From Candidatus Hydrogenedentota bacterium (lineage in GTDB: Bacteria > Hydrogenedentota > Hydrogenedentia > Hydrogenedentales > SLHB01): a stretch of 64,000 bases of DNA. The stretch covers positions 288,001-352,000 of the forward strand of contig CAVUWV010000010.1 of the NCBI GenBank assembly GCA_963745075.1, read 5' to 3'. Below the pieces are notes generated by a model that saw only the letters and a program-made list of their open reading frames with translations, was not told where the DNA came from and did not search any database. A program made the position numbers and the translations under genes. This document shows, one piece after another, positions 20,918-30,515 of this stretch. The stretch's first letter is position 1. Every line of letters starts with the position of its first letter.

Positions 20918-21103
20918 AACATCCCCCTTGATCCCACGAAGCCCGACTTCGGAAAGTCGGCGGCTTCAAAGGGGGAAATGTTCGCGACGCGTTGCGTTGC
21001 GCTTAGGGCTGTCGAATACTTTGGGGTTGCACCCTCAACGACCGCCGACCCAAAACGTACGGTGTCGAATTTCCCCCTTTGAAGGGGGATCAAGGGGGAT
21101 GTT
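20918..21103. repeat. Family A paired palindromic element
   Basis: AACATCCCCCTTGATCCC...TTCAAAGGGGG and CCCCCTTTGAAGGGGGATCAAGGGGGATGTT. Confidence 0.85.
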
Positions 21104-21121
21104 CCCTCAGGATTTCAGCGC

Positions 21122-21379
21122 ATGAGCAAACCAATCGAAAAAGACATCCATATCCAATACTTCGCCATCCTCCGGGAACAGCGGGGCCTGAGTGAAGAAT
21201 CTATCGTGACCGCTGCAACCACCGCCGCGGAACTCTATGAGTCCCTCCGCACCGAACACCAGTTCAGCCTGCCCCTCGAACGCATGAAAGTCGTCGTTAA
21301 CGAATCCTTCACCGATTGGGATCACCCCCTGTCCCCCGGTGACCGCCTTGTCTTCGTTCCCCCCGTCGCCGGCGGGTAA
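21122..21379 (+). CDS. moaD: Molybdopterin synthase sulfur carrier
   Basis: YFAILREQRG..VVVNESF..FVPPVAGG with C-terminal GG. Confidence 0.9.
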   Translation: MSKPIEKDIHIQYFAILREQRGLSEESIVTAATTAAELYESLRTEHQFSLPLERMKVVVNESFTDWDHPLSPGDRLVFVPPVAGG

Positions 21380-21518
21380 CGAACAATGAAAGCAATGGGA
21401 TACGCAGGGTTGTGTTCCAAGAAGAAAAGAGTGGCGGGAACGGCCGCAGGATTTACCGTTCCCGCCAAAGAATCGACTTTGATTTACAGCAGGTAGTTGA
21501 CCCGCCACAAAACCGACG

Positions 21519-22521
21519 TTAGCCGGCCATCCATTTGACGGCGTTGGCGAAATACTGGTTCACGGGGAACTTTCCGTCCGGTGTATACTTCTCGAATTTG
21601 ACGTGTCCGTCCATGTACAGGACGTTGCTGCCACCCGGGACGTGGTTGAACTCGCCACTACCATTCGGGTCAATATTCACGATGTCCCACATGACCGGAA
21701 TCTCGGTTTGCGCTTTGGCAGAGCCTGCCGGATTGTTGATATTCGTGATCAGGAATCGCTCAATACCTTCTTTAAGCCTTTGGATTTGGTCGCCGCCGGA
21801 GGTTCCAAAGGGCGCACCAACGTTGATTGGCTGGTCTAGAGCGTTCACCGCCGTGGTGGGATCAGCTGGAGGGCCTCCGATAATTAAAGAATCGCTTCCG
21901 CCGAGACCGAGGGCTGTCGGTGAAAATTTGATGAACGCCAGGAGCAACTGCGTTGGAATCGAATATGCCCCATTGCCAAGGTTCGGTGCGGCTTGGGTAG
22001 GATCATCACCATTCGCTTGATCAAAAATCCAACCAAGATAGAGATAGCTCTCATCGCCGTTGGTCGGCAATCCCGCGTAGCTAGGACCACCGGCTGGTTG
22101 ACATCCCTGGGGTATGATACGCAAGTCCGTATCTGGATCCGACGGACATTGTAATACTCCCAAATCTGTCAAGTATTCTGGAAAGATGTCTCGACCATTA
22201 GGCGTAAAATTCGCATCGGTGTTCATGCTATCGGGGATACACGGAGTTCCATTGATGTCGTTGCCAAAGTCCGTAACGTCGAGACCCATCCGAGAAGTAG
22301 ACTTGAAGGCCCTGCGCTCGCGGGAACTTTTCGCCCTTACTTTCGTTGGTGTACATCTTGAATATAATACCCATTTGTTTCAGGTTATTTTGGCAGCTTG
22401 CGCGGCGCGCGGCTTCACGCGCACGGGCCAGTGCCGGGAGAAGGATTGCGGCAAGAATTCCGATGATCGCGATAACGACTAACAGTTCGATCAGGGTAAA
22501 ACCACGACTTGACTGCTTCAT
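21519..22521 (-). CDS. DUF1559 prepilin-type N-terminal cleavage/methylation protein, frameshifted near 22285
   Basis: [43 protein letters not shown] in one frame; [17 protein letters not shown] (H-X9-DG) in the other. Confidence 0.85.
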
Positions 22522-22830
22522 AATACTGGTTCTCCTCAGGCTTCGGTTACACACCACACCCACAATGTTTCCGAACTTGGACCCATTGCCAGGCCTGACT
22601 GCTTTGAAGCCCTGAGGAAGCACGCTTCGCACCGCCGGGCATCTGCCCGAACCCCCGGCATCGCTGAACCAGCGATCCTGCGTCCACGATGGTTCACCCT
22701 GCGAAAACGCCTGAACCACCAAGACCACAATTGGTGTACTGCCACCACACAGCCAACCTCGCAGGACCGCAGTCTAACCCAAAACCTGAATTTTGTCTAC
22801 CCCTTGCCAAGACACTACATGACTGAGTTT

Positions 22831-22992
22831 ACATCCCCCTTGATCCCCCTTCAAAGGGGGGGAGGGGCCGCAACGCTTTGGGTTGCGCTCGGAACCACCG
22901 GTAACGGCGCTTGTAGAATCCTAACATAGCGTATACCAGTAGCTTATGGCGAAGCAGGGCTCCCCCTTTGAAGGGGGATCAAGGGGGATGTT
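22831..22992. repeat. Family A paired palindromic element
   Basis: ACATCCCCCTTGATCCCCCTTCAAAGGGGG / CCCCCTTTGAAGGGGGATCAAGGGGGATGT. Confidence 0.9.
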
Positions 22993-23058
22993 CTTCAGAC
23001 GCGTACACGCTGAATCTTAACGGGGTACGTTAAATTATTGATACCAAATGATTTAAGA

Positions 23059-24048
23059 TTAAGGGCCGGACCGCTCGCCGGGAAATCCAAGGGTTTCGCG
23101 GACGGTGTAGGTGGACTTGCCTTGGCTTTCGTAGTAGGTGCGGACGTTGATCTCGCCGAGGAGGCCCATGCCGATGAGTTGTAATCCGCCCAGCATGAGC
23201 AGTATTGCGAGATACAGCCATGGGGTGCCGGTCATGTCCTGGTGGGGCGGGAAAACCTTGAGAATGACGGAGAGGGTGCCGGCCGCCACACCACCCAGCA
23301 AGGAGTAGACCCCGAATCGTCCAAACACCTGCATCGGTTTGGTCGAGTAGGAGAGCAGGAAGGTGACCGTCACGAGGTCCAGCAGAACCCGCAACGTGCG
23401 GCTGATTCCGTATTTCGACGTCCCAAACCGGCGCGGCCGGTGGTTCACCGGGATCTCGGTTACCCGGGCCCCGGCCCAGTTAGCGAGGGCCGGCAGGAAT
23501 CGATGCATTTCGCCATAGAGCTGGAGATGGTCCGCAATCTCGCGGCGATAGGCCTTCATCGTGCAGCCGTAATCGTGGAGGTGAACCCCGGTGCTCCAGG
23601 AAATCAGCCGGTTGGCTAAGAGCGAAGGGAGTCGGCGGGATAGCAATTTGTCCTGACGGAACTTGCGCCAACCGCTGACCAAGTCGTAGCCCTCGTCGAT
23701 CTTTTCAAGTAGGGAGTGTATGTCGGCGGGATCGTTCTGCAGGTCGGCGTCGATGGGCAAGATCACGCTACCTTGGGCCGCGGCGAAACCAGCGGCGAGG
23801 GCTGCCGTCTGCCCGTAGTTGCGCCGGAACCGGATGACCCGCGTCGACTCCGGGGTGGCGTCGTGGAGTTCCCGGCAGATCTCGAAGGACGCGTCCTCGC
23901 TGCCGTCGTCAACCAGGATGATTTCATAGTCGCGGTCGCTCAATTCGGAGAGCGCGGCTACGAGTTCCCCGTGCAGCGGACGCAACGACTCCGCCTCGTT
24001 ATACACCGGAACCAGGACAGAAACATATGGCCTTGGCGTTTTGCTCAT
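23059..24048 (-). CDS. GT2 family (ArnC/GtrB-like) polyprenol-phosphate glycosyltransferase
   Basis: VLVPVYNEAES, VDDGSED, RRNYGQTAA, DADLQNDP, HDYGC, two C-terminal TM segments. Confidence 0.9.
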   Translation of the reverse strand: MSKTPRPYVSVLVPVYNEAESLRPLHGELVAALSELSDRDYEIILVDDGSEDASFEICRELHDATPESTRVIRFRRNYGQTAALAAGFAAAQGSVILPIDADLQNDPADIHSLLEKIDEGYDLVSGWRKFRQDKLLSRRLPSLLANRLISWSTGVHLHDYGCTMKAYRREIADHLQLYGEMHRFLPALANWAGARVTEIPVNHRPRRFGTSKYGISRTLRVLLDLVTVTFLLSYSTKPMQVFGRFGVYSLLGGVAAGTLSVILKVFPPHQDMTGTPWLYLAILLMLGGLQLIGMGLLGEINVRTYYESQGKSTYTVRETLGFPGERSGP

Positions 24049-24214
24049 GGTGATGGCATACGGTAGCAGAAGGCGGGGAAGTCCGCAATGTGTGGAGCGA
24101 TGGATGATATGGACGCGATCGACAGTATAGATGGGGAGAAATGTGGAGCGCCGGTGGCCGCGTGACGATTTGATTCCCGCCAAACCGGTGCCCGGCACTC
24201 CCCGTGGGCGCTGA

Positions 24215-25279
24215 TTATCGCTCCTTGTACATCCGTCTAACGTCCTTTGAAATCTGCTTCCATTTGGTCCGTTCCTGCGCTTGGAGGTGGCGGTCCTGTT
24301 TGCGGGCGAGGTAGTTCAGTTCGCGGCGCAGCTTGAGGAAACTTTCCCACCGGTCCGGGGCGAGGCTTCCGTCTTCCACCGCCGCGCGTACGGCACAGCC
24401 GGGTTCAGAATCGTGGGTGCAATCGCGAAACTTGCACGTGGCGGCCAGTTGCGCCACATCGTCAAAAGCGCGATCGAGTGAATTCTCGTCGGCCAAAAGT
24501 TGAAGTTCGCGCATGCCCGGTGTGTCGATAACCATGCCGCCGCCGGGCGCCACGAAAAGCTCGCGATGGGTAGTGGTGTGGCGGCCTCGGCTGTCGTCTT
24601 CGCGAACGGCAGCCGTCTTGAGTAGGGGCTCTCCAACGAGCGCGTTGACCAGCGTGGACTTGCCGACGCCGGAGGAACCGAGCAGCGCGAGCGTGCGCCC
24701 TGGTTTCATGAGGGCGCGAAGCGTGTCGAGACCTGTTCCACTGAATGCGCTCACGGCGATGACGTCGACGCCGGCGGCCACCGCCTTGGCCTCGGCCAGG
24801 CACGTCGCAATTTCCGGGCACAGGTCGGCTTTGTTCAAGACGACGACGGGCGTTGCGCAGCTTTCCCAAGCCAGCGTCACGTAGCGTTCGATGCGGCGGA
24901 CGTTGTAATCCCCGTCCAAGCCAGAGACTAATAATACGAAGTCCACATTTGCCGCGACGACTTGGGCTTCTTCGACTTGGCCGGCCGCTCGGCGAATAAA
25001 GCCGCTCTTGCGCGGCAACACGGCATCGACGACCGTGAGACCGCCTTCGTCGTTTGGACGGATTGCCACCCAATCGCCGACTGCGGGCAGATCTTCGCGT
25101 GTAAGGGCCGCATTGCGCAGCCGCCCCGAGAGAACCGCCGCGTGTTCTCCTGCGTCGTGTGCAATGATGTATTGGCCTCGTTGCTCCTGTGTGATGCGCG
25201 CCGGTTCGAGGCCGTTTCCCCGGTGCAGCTCAAATTCTCGTTCAAAGGTGTCGTTCCAACCCAGATCGTCTAAGCGCAT
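24215..25279 (-). CDS. rsgA: Ribosome small subunit-dependent GTPase A
   Basis: NKAD, GSSGVGKST, GRHTTT, DTPG, CKFRDCTH..EPGC zinc finger. Confidence 0.95.
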   Translation of the reverse strand: MRLDDLGWNDTFEREFELHRGNGLEPARITQEQRGQYIIAHDAGEHAAVLSGRLRNAALTREDLPAVGDWVAIRPNDEGGLTVVDAVLPRKSGFIRRAAGQVEEAQVVAANVDFVLLVSGLDGDYNVRRIERYVTLAWESCATPVVVLNKADLCPEIATCLAEAKAVAAGVDVIAVSAFSGTGLDTLRALMKPGRTLALLGSSGVGKSTLVNALVGEPLLKTAAVREDDSRGRHTTTHRELFVAPGGGMVIDTPGMRELQLLADENSLDRAFDDVAQLAATCKFRDCTHDSEPGCAVRAAVEDGSLAPDRWESFLKLRRELNYLARKQDRHLQAQERTKWKQISKDVRRMYKER

Positions 25280-25497
25280 GGTGTGGTTCTCTCCTATCGG
25301 CCGTTAGTCCTCGTGCTGCCGACTGTCATTTGACGGACGGATCTCGCGATTCCTTGAGATAGATGTCAGTTATGCGAGAGATGGTGGGAGGGGACAAGTA
25401 CGGGCAGACACGATTCTGCAAGGCCTTAGGACCGGTCAAGTGCATGCGCACAGACCGAGAACGAAGGAGGGTCACGATACGGAAATCGGCTCCAGCC

Positions 25498-25539
25498 TCA
25501 GATCCCGCCCCACGTGTAGTTGGCAATGGCTTGATTCAT
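25498..25539 (-). other. Short upstream ORF MNQAIANYTWGGI* with strong RBS in the rsgA leader
   Basis: AAAGGAGA (25547-25554, minus strand) lies 7 nt before the ATG at 25539; TGA at 25498-25500. Confidence 0.4.
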
Positions 25540-25700
25540 AGGTCTGTCTCCTTTCCGGCTGGTTGACGATTACCGTCGGGGCACACAATCGCGGAGCACA
25601 TGCCCACCTGGTCCGTGCAGTATGCGCATTGCGACGATCCCGGACCCGCGTGCACGTCCCGCGGATTCGGCGGGATATGGCAGGGAAGACGAGAGTTTTT

Positions 25701-25824
25701 GTAGGTCGGGAATGATTCCCGACCAGGGAGTTCTGAGGGATCTAGTCTTTCAGCAAGACTTTACGTCATGGTCAAGCGTGTCGTTGGTTCAGAAGGGACT
25801 GGGCGGGAATCATTCCCGCCCTAC
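25701..25824. repeat. GTAG-type REP doublet (family D)
   Basis: GTAGGTCGGGAATGATTCCCGACC ... GGCGGGAATCATTCCCGCCCTAC. Sister copy at 48773-48895. Confidence 0.8.
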
Positions 25825-25953
25825 GAAGAGGCTCTCAGCGCTTGACCCTACTCCGGATTTTTGAATAATGGCATGGATGCGCTAGGATGCTGAGGGGAAC
25901 TTGGGGAACCGGTTCGGGTGCCGGCGAGGCGCCGGAGAAGGAGAAACGCGGCT

Positions 25954-26784
25954 ATGTTCAGAGCGATTGGCAGATGGTTTACGGCGCTCGGCTACCTGTT
26001 GACCGGGCAAATCGATTCGGCGCGCCGCAGCCTCGACACGAATCCGCAAGTCGTGCGCGCGAAGTTCGACGATATCGTTCGCGAGAAGACGCGGAGCATC
26101 CACACGTACAAACAGGCGCTATCGAGCCTCGTAGCGCAGCGCGAAATGAAAGTTGGCAAGATTTCGACGCTGACGGGCGAGGTCGAGCGGTTGGAGCGAT
26201 TGCGGTCCGGCGCCTTGGCCAAGGCCAAGCAGACCGTGGAAAAACTCCAGGCCGACGGCAAGTCCATGGATGAGATTAAGGCGAATGAGGATTACATGAA
26301 GTGTTTGTCGGCGTACAACGATTTCTCGTCGACGTTGGAGGAAAAGCAGGCCCGGATCGCGGAATTGGAAGGCGATATCGAGGAGTATGGCAAGCGCGTT
26401 TCCGAGCATAAAATCCAGTTGCAGGAATTGCTCCGTGACGTGGACAAGCTGAAAGCGGAAGCGGCCGACACAATCGCCGACCTGATCACGGCCAACGAAG
26501 AGAAAGAGATCTCGGAAACGATCGCCGGCATCGCGCAGGACGGCACCGCCGAGGAATTGCAGCGGCTGCGTCAGCTTCGTCGGGAGGTGAAGGCGGAAGC
26601 AAGTGTCACCAAGGAACTCGCGGGCACGAGCACCAAGTCGCAGGAGGCGGAGTTCCTGGAATACGCGCGGAAGTCGTCGGCGTCCACGGAGTTTGATCAA
26701 CTCATTGGTCTAGCCCAATCGACCGAGGCCGCCCCGTCTTCGAGGGAACAGGAAGGTCCGGACAAGACAGCCTTGCCGGAATAG
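25954..26784 (+). CDS. PspA/IM30/Vipp1 (ESCRT-III superfamily)-like coiled-coil protein
   Basis: Amphipathic N-terminus (MFRAIGRWFTALGY), then ..NPQ.. followed by long heptad helices. AAGGAG RBS. Confidence 0.7.
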   Translation: MFRAIGRWFTALGYLLTGQIDSARRSLDTNPQVVRAKFDDIVREKTRSIHTYKQALSSLVAQREMKVGKISTLTGEVERLERLRSGALAKAKQTVEKLQADGKSMDEIKANEDYMKCLSAYNDFSSTLEEKQARIAELEGDIEEYGKRVSEHKIQLQELLRDVDKLKAEAADTIADLITANEEKEISETIAGIAQDGTAEELQRLRQLRREVKAEASVTKELAGTSTKSQEAEFLEYARKSSASTEFDQLIGLAQSTEAAPSSREQEGPDKTALPE

Positions 26785-26799
26785 GCGGTTGAACCCCCT

Positions 26800-28623
26800 T
26801 TGAACACCCCGGACTACACGTTTCTCAAGGCCGCCGGCCGCATTCTCAACTCCGGCCAGTCGCGCAGTGTCTTGCTGACTGGAAACATCCAGGACCTCTT
26901 TTGCCTGACGAATCCGGACGGTTCGCAGGATTACGTTACCCTCCTCGATTTTCTCACGGATCACTGGAGCGTGGACGATGTCGTGCTTATCGTCTACGAA
27001 CTGAACGGGCCGATCCGGTTCGCGCGGCAAACGGATGCGGAGCGCATTCGCGATGCGTGGTTGAAGTGGCGCTCGGGCCTCGACGCGAATCAGATCGCCA
27101 TCGAACGGATGTTGTCGGGCTCGAAGGTGGCCCTCGAACATGAGGCGATCAAAGCATCCTACGACGCCAACCTCAAATCGGCCATCGGCAACCCGACGGT
27201 CGCGCTGGAATTGCTGCGTCAGATGTGTCTGTGTTCGCGCACCGTGCAGAACGGGCAGCCGCTTTTGAAACAGAACCTGCTGGTCATCATCGAGGCAGCC
27301 GACATGATCGTCCCGGAGGGGGAAATCACCCGGCTTTCCGACGTGGACCGGCATCGCGTGAGCATCTGCCAGGACTGGTTCAGCGACCCGGGATTCATGA
27401 ACGGGGAGGACAGCGTGGTGCTGCTCGCGGAGTCGCGGTCGCTCATCAACCATCGGGTTGCGCGGCTGCCGCAGATGCTCGAGGTGCCGGTGCCGTCACC
27501 GGACGAGGCTGCGCGGCGTCACTGCATCGGCTGGTTCATGGAGACGCGCAAGCAGGGGAACGCCATCCAACTTTGGAGCGACGAGGACGAGTTGGCGCGC
27601 TTTACCGCCGGATTGTCGATCCACGCGTTGGTGCAGTTGCTCAAGGGCGCGCAACATGAGAACCTGCCGCTCACGCGGGCGCAGGTCGTGGCGAAGGTCG
27701 AAGCGTTCATCCAAAGTCAGTTGGGCGAGGACATCGTCGAATTCAAGAAGCCCGAGCATACGTTGAAGGACGTGGTCGGGTTTTCATCGCTGAAAGTATT
27801 CCTCGGCGAGGAACTCATCCCGCGTTTCCGGTCGGAAGGCAAGGATGCGCTATCGGGGGCCGCGGTGGCAGGTCCTATCGGCGGAGGCAAGACGTTTATC
27901 TTCGAGGCGGTGGCCGCCGAACTCGATATGGTCGTGCTGGTATTGAAGAATATTCGCAGCCAATGGTTCGGCCAGACGGACGTCATCTTCGAGCGATTGC
28001 GTCGCGTGTTGGATGCATTGTCCAAGGTGCTCATCTTCGTCGACGAGGCGGATACGCAGTTCGGGTCAATCGGGCCCCAAGCTCACGAGACCGAACGGCG
28101 CCTCACCGGGAAGATCCAATCCATGATGTCCGATCCGCGATTGCGGGGTCGCGTAATCTGGTTGTTAATGACCGCGCGAATCCATCTCCTGTCGCCGGAT
28201 ATCCGGCGTCCCGGCCGCGTGGGCGACCTCATCATCCCCGTGCTCGATCCCGATGGAGAAGATCGGAACGAGTTCCTGTACTGGCTGGTCGAGGACCGAC
28301 TCGAGGGTGGCCTCGATGCCGAACGTCTCGCGGCGCTCGATTCGGCCACATCCGGGTATTCCGCCGCCGCTTTTGCATCCCTCCGTGGGGAGCTTCGGGC
28401 GAAGTCGGTCGGCTCCGGCGGCAAACTGTCCTTCGAGAGCGTGCTCGACGTCATCCACGATCACCTGCCGCCGGCGATTCAAGATACCCGGCACTACCAG
28501 ACCCTCCAGGCTCTCATCAATTGCACGCGCCGCAGTCTTTTGCCCAATCCCAAAGTGGACGAAGAACAGCGGCACGCCTGGGCCGAAGAGGCGCGCCGGC
28601 TGGAATTGAAAGGCGTGGGGTAA
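26800..28623 (+). CDS. AAA+ ATPase with degenerate N-terminal AAA module and intact C-terminal module (Ycf46/CDC48/Vps4-like clade)
   Basis: Walker A GPIGGGKT, pore loop SQWFGQT, Walker B LIFVDEAD, IRRPGR arginine fingers. Confidence 0.85.
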   Translation: MNTPDYTFLKAAGRILNSGQSRSVLLTGNIQDLFCLTNPDGSQDYVTLLDFLTDHWSVDDVVLIVYELNGPIRFARQTDAERIRDAWLKWRSGLDANQIAIERMLSGSKVALEHEAIKASYDANLKSAIGNPTVALELLRQMCLCSRTVQNGQPLLKQNLLVIIEAADMIVPEGEITRLSDVDRHRVSICQDWFSDPGFMNGEDSVVLLAESRSLINHRVARLPQMLEVPVPSPDEAARRHCIGWFMETRKQGNAIQLWSDEDELARFTAGLSIHALVQLLKGAQHENLPLTRAQVVAKVEAFIQSQLGEDIVEFKKPEHTLKDVVGFSSLKVFLGEELIPRFRSEGKDALSGAAVAGPIGGGKTFIFEAVAAELDMVVLVLKNIRSQWFGQTDVIFERLRRVLDALSKVLIFVDEADTQFGSIGPQAHETERRLTGKIQSMMSDPRLRGRVIWLLMTARIHLLSPDIRRPGRVGDLIIPVLDPDGEDRNEFLYWLVEDRLEGGLDAERLAALDSATSGYSAAAFASLRGELRAKSVGSGGKLSFESVLDVIHDHLPPAIQDTRHYQTLQALINCTRRSLLPNPKVDEEQRHAWAEEARRLELKGVG

Positions 28624-28635
28624 GTGCCCCGGAAT

Positions 28636-28711
28636 GTAGCGCAGGCGTCTCGCCTGCATCTCTTGACGTACGGAAGGCTACCACGGAATGCAGGGGAGAC
28701 GCCTGCGCTCC
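28636..28711. repeat. GTAG-type REP doublet (family E: GTAGCGCAGGCGTCTCGCCTGCA)
   Basis: Inverted pair. Same family at 59801-59881; GTGG variant at 40724-40773. Confidence 0.8.
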
Positions 28712-28859
28712 ATTGGGCTCTTCAGTGGAGCGTCATCTTTCGCGGCGCGCGCCCTTGTCAGCGATCTGACCCTCTGCTATAGTGGTGCGCAGGTCTTACG
28801 GGCTGCTGCCGTGCTGTCCATTCGGGTAGTGCACTGCAAAAACGGAGGTGCATGGAATC

Positions 28860-30470
28860 ATGGCCAATTCGACTGCAATCGATTCGTCTTCCCAACCGCA
28901 GGCCGGTTCCTCCGCGTCAGAAATTGAGGTGCGCGACCCACGCACAGGCGAGGTTATCTATACGCTTCCGGAACCTTCCGACGCGGAGGTCGCGGCTGCG
29001 TTTGAGGAGGCCCACCGCGCTTTCGAGAAGATTCGGGTCATGTCGGTTCGCGAGCGCCTAAACGAAGTCCTCAAACTGAAACGCTTCATCCTCGACAATA
29101 AGGAAATGGTCGTTGACCGTGTCGTGCAGGAAACGGGCAAGGCCCGGACCGACGCGCTGGTCTCAGAAGTGTTTCCTGTCCTCGACATCATCGACTACTA
29201 CGATAAGAGCGCCGAGCGGCATCTTGCCGATGAGAAGGTGCCGACGCCGGTCATCCTGTGGCCGAAGAAGTCTAAGATCTACTACTCACCGATCGGCACG
29301 GTGCTGATTATCTCGCCCTGGAACTATCCCCTGAACCTGGCCATGCTTCCCATGATTACGGCGTTTATCGCCGGTAACTCGGTCGTCTATAAACCTTCGG
29401 AATGGACGCCGCTGAAGGGCCTTGTCGAGGAAATCATCGCGAAGAGCGGATTCATGAGCGACGCGGTGCACATCGTTTATGGCGGCAAGGACACCGGCCG
29501 CAGGCTCATCGACCAGCGTCCCGCGAAAATCCTGTTTACGGGCAGTACCCGGGCCGGCCGGCAGATTATGGAACAGGCGGCCAAGTATCTCATCCCGGTG
29601 GAACTCGAACTGGGCGGGAAAGATCCGATGGTGGTGTTCGACGACGTGGATATCGATCGTACCGCTGCGGGCGCGGTCTGGGGCGGCATGACGAATTGCG
29701 GCCAGACGTGTACGTCGGTGGAGCGCCTCTTCGTCCACGAGCGCGTGTACCCGCAATTTGTGGAAGCATTGAAACAGAAGATTGAAAAGCTTTCCCATCC
29801 GACGCGCGATCCGGATAAACCCGACGCGGGTGACATGGACGTTGGGTGCATGACGGCGCAGTTCCAGATCGAAAAGGTCGAGGACCAGGTGAGCGATGCC
29901 GTGCAGAAGGGCGCGAAAGTGCATACCGGCGGCAAACGTGCTGAAGGATCGAGTGCGTTTCCGCCTACGTTGATCACCGACATCGACGATTCCATGAAGA
30001 TCGCGAAGGAGGAAACCTTCGGCCCGATTCTGACGGTGCAGACCTTCAAATCGGAAGACGAAGCAATCCGGCTTGCGAACGATTCGCCTTATGGCCTCAG
30101 CGCGAGCGTGTGGTCCAAGGACCTCGAACGTGCAATCCGCGTGGCGCGCGCCATCGAGACCGGAAACGTGTCGATTAACAATGTGCTTGCGACGCAGGGG
30201 AACTCGGCCTTGCCCTTCGGCGGCACGAAGGAGAGCGGGTTCGGGCGTTACAAGGGGCCGCACGGTCTGCACAGTTTTTCCAACATCAAGAGCATCATGG
30301 TGGACTCCGGGAGTAAGTTTGAGCCGCATTGGTTTCCGTATACCAAGGAAAAATACGTTCTGTTCAGCAAGCTCCTGGACGCGGTATACGACGGCGGGCC
30401 GTTCTGGCTGATCAAGACGCTGCTTGTGGGTCTAAAACTCGAGGGTCTCGTCAAGAAGAACAAACTGTAG
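28860..30470 (+). CDS. Aldehyde dehydrogenase
   Basis: SPWNYP, KPSE, FTGS, LELGGKDP, GQTCTS, EETFGP, PFGGTKESGFG. Confidence 0.95.
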   Translation: MANSTAIDSSSQPQAGSSASEIEVRDPRTGEVIYTLPEPSDAEVAAAFEEAHRAFEKIRVMSVRERLNEVLKLKRFILDNKEMVVDRVVQETGKARTDALVSEVFPVLDIIDYYDKSAERHLADEKVPTPVILWPKKSKIYYSPIGTVLIISPWNYPLNLAMLPMITAFIAGNSVVYKPSEWTPLKGLVEEIIAKSGFMSDAVHIVYGGKDTGRRLIDQRPAKILFTGSTRAGRQIMEQAAKYLIPVELELGGKDPMVVFDDVDIDRTAAGAVWGGMTNCGQTCTSVERLFVHERVYPQFVEALKQKIEKLSHPTRDPDKPDAGDMDVGCMTAQFQIEKVEDQVSDAVQKGAKVHTGGKRAEGSSAFPPTLITDIDDSMKIAKEETFGPILTVQTFKSEDEAIRLANDSPYGLSASVWSKDLERAIRVARAIETGNVSINNVLATQGNSALPFGGTKESGFGRYKGPHGLHSFSNIKSIMVDSGSKFEPHWFPYTKEKYVLFSKLLDAVYDGGPFWLIKTLLVGLKLEGLVKKNKL

Positions 30471-30515
30471 CGCGTGACGACAGAGGGGGCCCCGCGGAAG
30501 CGCGAGGAGAACGTC

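Noticed and set aside
22530..22760. Hairpin-rich leader of the DUF1559 gene as a riboswitch (partial c-di-GMP-I-like CAGGGTGAACC..GGACGCA)
   Set aside because: I could not find the GNRA P2 stem or a full consensus. An Rfam/Infernal scan would decide.
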